This document shows positions 54,323 to 64,000 of a stretch of DNA of 64,000 bases, in pieces. Origin of the DNA: Epiperipatus broadwayi (Eukaryota > Animalia > Onychophora); NCBI GenBank assembly GCA_028023455.1, contig JAQFVV010000009.1, positions 2,914,001 to 2,978,000 on the forward strand. The letters run 5' to 3'. The first letter of the stretch is position 1. The number at the start of each line of letters is the position of its first letter. Position numbers and translations under genes: made by a program. The notes under the pieces were generated by a model. That model did no database searches. It was not told the origin of the DNA and saw only the letters and a list, made by a program, of their open reading frames with translations.

Positions 54323-54394
54323 AGATAGTGATCTGCCCGACTGATGAATGCTGGTTCAGCACGAAATATGAATATTGGAGATCATTTATCTTTT
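54323..54394 (+). ncRNA. Type I hammerhead ribozyme (partly decayed)
   Basis: CCGA-CTGATGA(54341-54347)-ATGCT GGTTC AGCAC-GAAA-TATGAA-TA-TTGG. Core intact; 10.1-11.1 is an A.C mismatch and the stem III loop is altered. Confidence 0.7.
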
Positions 54395-55730
54395 TCACAA
54401 GTATGTGGTCATGAGTAAGGGTTGTATAAGATGAAGTGGATAGCTATAGGGAGCTTGAAAGTCCAAGTTCAAATCCTTTCTAATTACATTAAGTTCAGTA
54501 TAGACAATATACTTGTACTTAAAAATAAATAAATCTATTTTTACCCCTTTTCTACACTGCTAAAATGAATTAATATGCATTCCTATATATATAATTTTTA
54601 ACAGTGCACCCTCTTATCTCAAACACTATGATGGATCAAAAACTCAGAGCACTTCTCTCATTATATTACTCATCAAGTGATCTAAATGCAATAACATCTG
54701 GATGTCCATTCCCAAATTTGACAATTCCAATACTATTCAAGTATATCAATCTCCACAAAATATGATTGATTTGTCTATCCTCTTTTAAAATCTATGGAAG
54801 GATAAATAATCATCATGCTGCAGAGATATTTTAATGGTCGTATCTCTTGTCTCAAATTCTGGTACATTATAACCATTCACTGTCCTTTCTCATTTACTTA
54901 ATATGCAAATATTATGTATACATTATACAATGATTAATAATTTTATAAAGTTTGAAAATTTTTCAGGTAAGTATAAATATTGTAAACATATTGATGCCTG
55001 AGAAAAGTGAAGCTCAAATATTCTCAGAATGAGATCTTAATGCATAGTAAAGAAAAACCACCAAAGTAGTATGAACACAGTCATATCATTTGAAAGCAAT
55101 GCCATTATAATAAACAGACATTAAGCAAGCAGTTATTAATGTGAATTATTATACTTTCAAATATTATAAGTAATGTTTGCAATATACTTTTTTTTAAATA
55201 AAACTAATTTTTTTATATATTACTAAGAAACAATAAAAATAAAATAGTTGAAATAAATATAAAAATAGTGTTTAACAAAAATAATGTGTCAATAATTTTC
55301 AAAGCAATACATTATTTGATAGGAGATATAGTAGTTAAAATTGCAATGAGTAATCCAATCAGGCACATAGTGGCATAAATGATAAGACTTCTAATGAGTT
55401 TTGCAATATGGATGACCCTCAAAGTTTTATTATTAGTATTTCAAAGCAAATGTAATCAATATATACCCCTAATAATCAATAAAGTTTATTCATGAAAGAT
55501 CTGGGAATTGAGATGACTGAGGAAGTCAAAAGTAATTTTTATGGAAATTTTGATAAATAGTGTGTTAACACATTGTTCAATGGGAAAAAATGACCACAGG
55601 GCTACAATTAAATAAAGATTGTGAAATTTGAACCATATATCTTTGTTATGAACCAAAAGGAACCAACTTTTATAATTGATTGGGTTTCATTCAATAATGC
55701 TTGGCAAGTTAATATGCTCTTTACAGATTA

Positions 55731-55802
55731 AAACAGTCAAAACTCTCTATACATCTAAGTCAAGTACAAGCATAAGAAATGGTGATCATGTGATGTTTAT
55801 TG
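55731..55802. mobile_element. Minimal family B tail insertion
   Basis: 24-bp inverted piece plus the tail AAGCATAAGAAATGGTGATCATGTGATGTTT; 15-bp TSD GCTCTTTACAGATTA (55716-55730 / 55803-55817). Confidence 0.75.
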
Positions 55803-58441
55803 GCTCTTTACAGATTACAATTAAATCAATTTTGTTACTATGTTAGCCAAACAATAATTCTTGAATTGTCAGCTCCTGAACATTTATTACTTTACCACAT
55901 TCTCCAAATACAGCAATTGTTTGCTATCAATGAAAGTCATTCCAAGGTTCATTTCATCATAAGAATTTCCATTGCAATTCCTTGTGTTGAAAGTTTTTGA
56001 ATAGTTTGTATCTTTGCCATTACCCAGGATAATTGTCTAAAATAATATCAATGGAACTGATCTTTCCATATACTAACTGCAACTTCTGTTTTTTTTTCAA
56101 ATGATTACAATTGTTCTGGCATCTATAGCCTGTAAACTAATGCATCAATTAACCAAATGTTCTCTGACCTGTCACTGTGTCTTTCCAAGTATCAATAGAG
56201 TTATTATTGAAAAATTCTAGACATTTAATAGTTGATGATACATTATTCTATTTGTCTTTATATTTCGTGTAGCTTGATGGCTAATTTTGATGAGTTGCAT
56301 ATCTTATACTGATCTGCCAATTTTCATGCTGTTATTATCACTTTTTTTCTGAGTGAATGTATAATATTTTAGATTTTAAAAGATTGGAGATGAGATGTTG
56401 ATGGCATAGTTTGATCTACTATTAAAAATATTACATGAAGATTTTAAAAAGCATTTAGCACATTAAATGAGATTTTGATGGTGAATATTCTAAAGAGAAA
56501 AACACAAGTAAAAAAATATGCAGAAAAATATTTTTGGAAAATAAAAGTTAAAAAAAACAACAACATATAAATAGATTTGAGTAGATTAGATTGTTGTCAC
56601 TGAAAAAAAAAGTAGAATTAGTGTTAGAAAGTGAAGAATTTCAAGAATCAGTTTTGCTGGTGAAAGAGTTAAAGGCACACACATACAAAAAAGGCCACAG
56701 TTAAATGTTCAACTATAATGATGAAATATATAAGTTTAGTTTCTGATAAAAATTGAAGAGTATAATTATGGGGAAATAAATGAATTAAACAATTGCATTT
56801 AAATATTTGAGAAATTGAATAAATAATGATTAAAATTGTGAAAAGAAGATTAATATAAGTACAGTATTATGAAAACTTTTTTTATTGTAGTTGCAATAAT
56901 AACATCTTAGCACGGATAATAAAAAAAGGATGATTAATAAAACCAATTTTTTTTTTGTCATATACATATACAAAAAATTAACAAGTTCAATAGTTTTTTT
57001 TAAAAACATACTTTCCATAATACTTTAGAAACATAGTTTTTTGCTTGATATAGGTCTAACTAGCAAAGAAAGTCAACAGTAATATAAAGTAGGAGGAGAA
57101 AACAATTGGAAATTCAGTTTATAAAAAGAATATTCCAGGTTTTAAAGAGACTAAAAAAAATAGAGCTGTGGAAATGATCTGAACAAATGTTTTAAGATAA
57201 AAGCAACTACTTTCTGAGATAGATAGGTATATTCATCTATCTAGTATTAATTGCTCAGAAAATCATGAATATGCTAAACTAAAATGACAGTTTGAATTTT
57301 TTGTTTTATACAAGTAACTACTGAATGATTTTTTTTTTTTTTTTTATAAAGCAATGTGCATCACATTTTTTTTTTTAGAATTGGTAGTTTTTCAAATGTG
57401 CTGTCTTCCATCCAGTTTCTAAAATTTTTTATACTATATCAAAATCTAGCCAATATAAATAATTTCCTTGGAAGTAGTAGTCATAATTGAAGTAAAATGT
57501 TATATTGGTTCACAAGTTTAATTTAATGATTTCTTTCTGAAATAAAAATAAAAAAATTCTGAGTCATAACTTTATATGCCCAGGAGTTTTTAAATGAAAA
57601 CTTTTGGATCACTCTCCGCAGTGCTATTATTATATTCAAATAGATAACAGTATAATTATAAGTGATTAATGATCAGATGTTATAACTTGGCCATAGTATA
57701 CTATTGTCTACATACAATACCTGTCTTCAGTCAAAGAACTTGATAATATATATACAAACTTTTGAATCATATTTTCACTAAACTATAAAATACAATCACA
57801 GCCATAATTTTGCATAAGTGCACTTAAACATATAATATCAAAAGTAATATTGCCATCACTATGCTTTCTAATCAGATTCTATATGATGATTAGCTTTTTT
57901 CCATAATTGTAATAATAGAAAAGAATATAAATGCATTGTATCTAATGTTAAAATACACAGGATCTTACACACTTAATGCAGTGATTAGTAAAATCTCAAT
58001 CTTTTAACATATTGAATACATTTTTCATATAAATACTTTTTTTTCTTAGTTATCTAATGTCTTCACAATATTAACTTTTTTTAGTAATTTGAAAATTATG
58101 CCACATTTCTTAATATCATAATGATCCATTAGATGCAGAGCAAGGAATTGAAGTTATGGATCAATATAAAAATACCTAGCTAAACATGTTTCTCAAATCC
58201 TGATATATAGTAAATCTTTTATCATATCTGATACATTTAGGTAAAACTTAGGTGAATGTAAAAAAGACAAAATGAATCAAAGATAATAGGATTAATTTAT
58301 TATGCCAAACACAGGTTTATCACAAGTACTAGAAAAAATGAATGTAATGAATGATTATATAAATAATTCTTTTACAATCTGCAATAATTTTTTAATCTGT
58401 AATATTTTATCATAAAAAAATGAAATACTCTATTGTTTTAC

Positions 58442-58575
58442 TTGTAAACTAGGTACGAGATCTTCACCCTCCATATTGGCAGTGCTGTCAGCAGGGTTCA
58501 AATCTCCAAGATCAAGATTACTTCCTTGCATAGAATCCAAAGGAAAGTCTCTCTGTTGGTTTGTTCTACCGACAT
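58442..58575 (-). CDS. yki: Yorkie/YAP penultimate coding exon (transactivation domain)
   Basis: Phase 1 entry matches the upstream exon. Translates DVGRTNQQRDFPLDSMQGSNLDLGDL...MEGEDLVPSLQ (compare YAP1 GTNVDLG...EGEELMPSLQ). AG acceptor at 58576-58577, GTAAAA donor at 58441. Confidence 0.93.
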
Positions 58576-59065
58576 CTAAAAGAATATTTTAATAAATTTT
58601 ATTAAATCTTTCTACAGTATAAACTATAATTTTTAAAATAAATAATATAAAAATATTTTTATTTCAACATTAGATCTTATTAATCAAATGACTGTCTGAA
58701 TAAAATTTTCTTTAAAAATAATTAAAATCTTCACATACACACATGCACAAAAACATGTGCACATTAAGTAAACTGACAATTTGGTAAACAATAAATTATA
58801 ATTCATGGGGGAAATATTTAAATTTATTAATGAATGATTCATACTTTACCAATTCATTCTATTAATTTTGAAAATAAACTTCAAATACTTTAATGACTTA
58901 CACAACAAAAATGAATTTTTATATATAAGCTATTAGAAAAAATAAATATCCATTGTAAAAATATAATTTATATTTCTCTGTTAATAATAATTAAAACAGA
59001 TTTTTAAAAAATAATCTCATTACACAATATCATTAAAAATTATTTAAATAATATATTTAATATTA

Positions 59066-59320
<255 letters not shown>

Positions 59321-62300
59321 CTAGGAAAAAAAGGGGAGAATTTAAAGCTTTTAATTCTAAAATAACTTTATTCTTTTTAGAATAACTATATGTTTAGGAA
59401 TACAATAGTTATATTTTAAAAAACAATTATTTCTGTATGTAAGGCATGTCTGAGCACACATGTCCATATCAGTATCATAACCATTGTTTTCCTGATTAAA
59501 TTTTAATTTTTGCATTCCATGGAAATGTGTCTCAACTGTGTTCCAATATTAAAGTAGCTTTTAATACATATATTACAAACTCTATTCACCTCAAAAATAT
59601 TTATAGTTTTTAAAATAAATGGTAAACATTTTGAAGTGAAAACATCATCAAAATTATCAATATATATGGTTGTTACCAAGCACAAAATTAAATTCATAAT
59701 GATTATGGTCTTGGTGATGTGGAATGGAAAGTAATTTGAATAATACTAGCAATAACTATTGTTTCCCTGATTAAACTTTATTTTTTGCATTCCATGGAAA
59801 TGTGTCTCAGTATGTTCTAACATTAAAGAAGCTTTTAATTTTTGATGATCATTTTATGTTTTGCAGTCATAAACATATATTATAAACACTATTTACCACA
59901 AAAATATTCATAGTTTTTAAAACAAATGGTCATTATCTTGAAATGAAAACATCACCGAAATTATTAATATATATGATTGTTACCAAACTCAAAATTAAAT
60001 GTACAAAAAAGATTTTAGCATAAAAATTCTATCCAGAGTTTTTTTTTTTTTAATGATATCAGACTGGAGATGATTAAAGCTTGTAGATTGTTTTTTTTTC
60101 TTTCTTTTTTACAGAACATTATAATTTATATTAGATTTGGCAAAGCAGGAGATTTTCTGATTTGAATTAGTTTAAATTTTTCAACAATTATTAATATATA
60201 TATATATATGTATTAATATAGCTTGGTAGCATAGTCAACTGTCATGCCCATGATCTGAGATTCAAATTTGGTCAGGTAAGACTATAATTTTTTTCCCATG
60301 TTTTAATCAGGCTTAAAGATAATTTTCTTTCAGGCAGCTAGTTTGTTTATAAATAATACAGCTAACTACCTAATATTTGTAATTAGACATTTGAAACCTC
60401 ATGACTAATCCTTTAGGATGGCTGTTGGAGAGTTCTTTGTCCTGTAATAATAGGCTTCTCTCTTTTTTTTTTATCTTTTAACTATATATATATATTAAAT
60501 TAAAAATTATAAAACTCAACTCTTCTAGCAACATTGCATTAAAGTTTTAACAAATAATTACAAAAAAAGTTATTGATTAAAATAAAAGACTGTACAGAAC
60601 TAACAAATAGATTTTGAATCACATATCAACTCAAGATATCAATGAATACAAACTGGCATTGTGTCTGTTTTTTTTATTAATTATTAAAATGCTTTAAAAA
60701 TGCACATTATGAAGCAAAAAGATATTATTGAAGGAATAGTGAAATCTAAATTAAAATTATCTAAAAAATATAAAACTTTAAAGTATAAAATAATTTGTAA
60801 TATGATTTATGATCATCTATAATATAAATTTTATTTTGAATTAAATATGCAATCAATTTTCACTGTTGATTTATGGTTAAGTCAGAAATGTTTGTTATTA
60901 AAAAAAAAGATTGTTGCATCATTAATTAATTCTCAGTAGTGAGAAAGGGCAATACAGTTAATTCCTGATTTATTGCTAATACACATATTATTTTTTCAAT
61001 CTATCATCTTTTTTTAATAGTCTCAAAAACCAGTACCATAAAAATACATATTACTATTTTTTTTTTAATGAATCCATCATTTTTAAAACTGCTATTTTTT
61101 AAAAATCTTCCATTGACAAATTATGGCCCCAAATGCCATGTTTTTTCTTATGAATAGTTTATTGTTTATTTTCTGCAAAATCATTTTTTTATTTATTAAT
61201 CTATGCAAAACAACAAAATACATAGACAAAGATTCTTTTGGTACAATAACAACATCTACCATTGGCTCATATTATGAAATAATTCAATTTTTTAGGGCAT
61301 ATTTAACAATCTCTAGTTTCAGAATTAAATGCAAAGTGACTCATTCATGGACATAGAAACATAAGTACTCATTTCCCTTAGTGAAATTCTGCTCTTTTCA
61401 TCTATAATAGACTATCACCAACTCTGCCAAAAAGTGTTTGAAAGAGTTATACTGAAAGATTGGAATAATTTGTTAAAATGACCAGTGTTTTTAATGATAA
61501 CCAACAAAATAAAAAAACCATGACTTACTCATATGTTTTCAAAAACAGTTTTTTTAAAATTTATTCTACAGCTATAATCAATATACATTAGCTGGTATAA
61601 TAGAGTATTTCTATACCTAGATTAGTTTCTGGCTTATAGATAGCATAAAACTGAAATCTGAAAAATATAAAAACTGACCTAGTGTCAGAACTAGGCAAGT
61701 GAATTAGGTTGGATTCAAGGCTTTAAAAATTATTTTTGTTTTGTTTTAAGCTATTATCTTGAATAGTATAGAGTAAAAGTGGTCATAAAAATAATATTCC
61801 TCTATTCCTAGAATAAATATTTACTTTCTCCTCTCAATTCTTTTCTCCATAAACTGTCTCTTTCTCTCATCTCACAGAATTGCACAATTTCAGAAAATAA
61901 ATTCACCATATTCTCTGGTTTATTGATAATTTTAACATTCTAAGTACCTACTTTTACAAACTATTTATTTAATTCTAATAGCTATGACAAGCAATGAGTA
62001 AGTGGTTTGATGTTTCAAACTTTGCAAATAACATTTCTGTTGGGATAGTGTAATGACTGGAACTTATTTAAATAGGTCGATTAATTGTGATTTTATATAG
62101 TCTTAAAAAATCACATTTCCCTAGTCAAATATGCCTTTACTTTTAAACTTTAAAGATTTAAAATGTTTTAAGTAAAAATAACAATAATCAAGGATTCCAT
62201 TAGTAGTTTACAAGAAAAATTAAAATTATATATATATTTAAAAATTAAAATTAATTTTCCATTAAGAAATTTTATCTATTTAATATATAAATATTGTTAA

Positions 62301-63384
62301 CATTTTAAATATATTTACAAGTAAAAAATAAAACATCCAATTCCTACACACATCTTATTAATAAATAATACTCAATAGCAAATTACCTCAAATCTTAACT
62401 ACTTACTGAAATGTTTTAAATGTTTATACTTGATATAAAAAATATAAATATTTTCATATGTGGTCATATGTATCAGTTGTATAAGATGGAGTGAAAATGT
62501 AATTAAAAGGGATTGATAAACAAAATACTTATATTTGAATATTCAATATATTTATTCTAACGTTACTTTAAACAAAAAATAAAATTCAAAATCAATAATT
62601 GGGAGATTTAAGTTTAAAAGTAAGAGATAGAAGAAAAAAATAGGAATGAAAATAGAGTTGATATGAAGTGCAAAAGTATATAAAAAAAGAAAATAACAAT
62701 AAAAACTTGTACATAAATCAATTTTTATAAGTTACAAGACATGGGTAAGAGAACAAACAAAATGAAACTAAGCTGAACATATTGCTAGACAAATATAAAA
62801 AGAGACCATGAGTAAGATGGATGAATTACAAAATTTGCTGAAATGATGTGGAAAAAATATGAATCAGAGAAGTCTAATTAAAATTGAAGAGACTTTCATC
62901 CAGCAGTTAAAAATGATGATAATATATATACATAAAGACATACAATTTTCTGGAATTGTCTGTAATTTACTCTGAAAAATTATTAAACTATATACATGTG
63001 CTCTTTGATAAAAAGAAAATTGGTAAATTTGGTTCAATAAGACATTATAATCAAAGGTTAAACTATGAGTTACTGCCCTCATTTTTTTTTTTTTTTTCAG
63101 TTAGTGCATCAAAATTCACTGACCCAATTCAGATTGACCTGGCATTTCTATAGCTGAATATTCAATTATTTATCAATGTTAAATAATAACTACTCATTCT
63201 TATTGCATTGTCAAATGTATATCATATAATACTAAATTGTCCATTCACTTTTCTACTGTTACACAATGCTTTATTTACTACCCTTTTTTACAATTTACAG
63301 TTTCGATTGCCCCAGCAATCTTCTTCAGAACTTTATATTTCCTAGCCTCAACTCTAAATTCAAATGGTTAGGCTATATAAAGTT

Positions 63385-63671
63385 ACTAAAACAGGCAAAA
63401 CTCTCCATACATACTGCCACTCAGTGCAAGCCAGAGTAATCAATGGATGCCAGAAGGCTTATGCATAAAATCCGCATCTAAATGGGGATTTTATGCATAA
63501 GCCTTCTGGCATCCATTGATTACTCTGGCTTGCACTAGATGGGGATTTTATGCACAAGCCTTCTGATATCCATTGATTACTCTGGCATGCACTGAGTGGC
63601 AATACGTATGGAGAGTTTTGCCTGTTTTAATAACAGTTATGAGCAAGCATAAGAAATGGTGATCATGTAAG
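63385..63671. mobile_element. Family B 3'-tail insertion with 5' inversion and internal duplication
   Basis: Shares AAAACTCTCCATAC...AGAGTAATCAATGGATGCCAGAAGGCTT with 26610-27401; 10-bp TSD ATATAAAGTT (63375-63384 / 63672-63681). Confidence 0.85.
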
Positions 63672-64000
63672 ATATAAAGTTCTGAAGATTGCTGAGGCAA
63701 TCAAAACTGTAAAAAAGGGTAGTAAATAAAGCATTATGTAACAGTAGTAAAGTGAATGGACAATTTAGTATTATATGGTGTACCAATATTAAATACTTAT
63801 TTAAACTATCTGAGGACTTATTGTCTCAAAGGAAAATCCTAAGCCTGGATTATCTAAAGTTCATATAATCTAGATTTAAAATCCAGGTCATGGAAGATGC
63901 AAACGCTAACTACTATATACAATGAAGTCCTTGTTATGTTAGAATCAAGTACTATTTATTATTATGGATTAAAGCTTGTAATTTTCTACTACTAAATAAG

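Larger units (their letters stand above)
53949..54485. mobile_element. Older family-A-related hammerhead element, tail-out inverted pair in the last yki intron
   Basis: Inverted arms of about 185 bp (about 53950-54135 / 54297-54485). The spacer shares motifs with family A (CATCAGATTTTCAA, GTCCATTAAAC, TGACxTAAxGTCAACATGG). A hammerhead sits on each arm; no TSD seen. Confidence 0.8.

Overview
A very AT-rich animal nuclear locus, most likely from a non-dipteran arthropod (inference). The only gene I can identify with confidence is the 3' end of yorkie/YAP on the minus strand: three coding exons at 59101-59320, 58442-58575 and 53409-53495, ending ...DNLLTWL*. A second, unidentified minus-strand gene appears to start at 9613 (MADKRES, then G|GTAAGT). 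The rest is repeats: a decayed Ty3/Gypsy element (about 15741-28382) with a tRNA-Lys-type PBS, a PPT and long LTRs; three decayed LINEs; hAT-Charlie, Tigger and piggyBac-like non-autonomous transposons; and a tRNA-Gly-derived pseudogene/SINE. The most notable signal is two distinct families of ORF-less elements carrying type I hammerhead ribozymes (monomers of about 468 and 428 bp). They are inserted as tandem-plus-inverted (tail-out) arrays, most with 9-15 bp target-site duplications, which is the architecture of Penelope-like elements and non-LTR retrozymes. One core-intact hammerhead lies in sense orientation in the last intron of yorkie. All folds and alignments were done by eye and ribozyme activity is untested.
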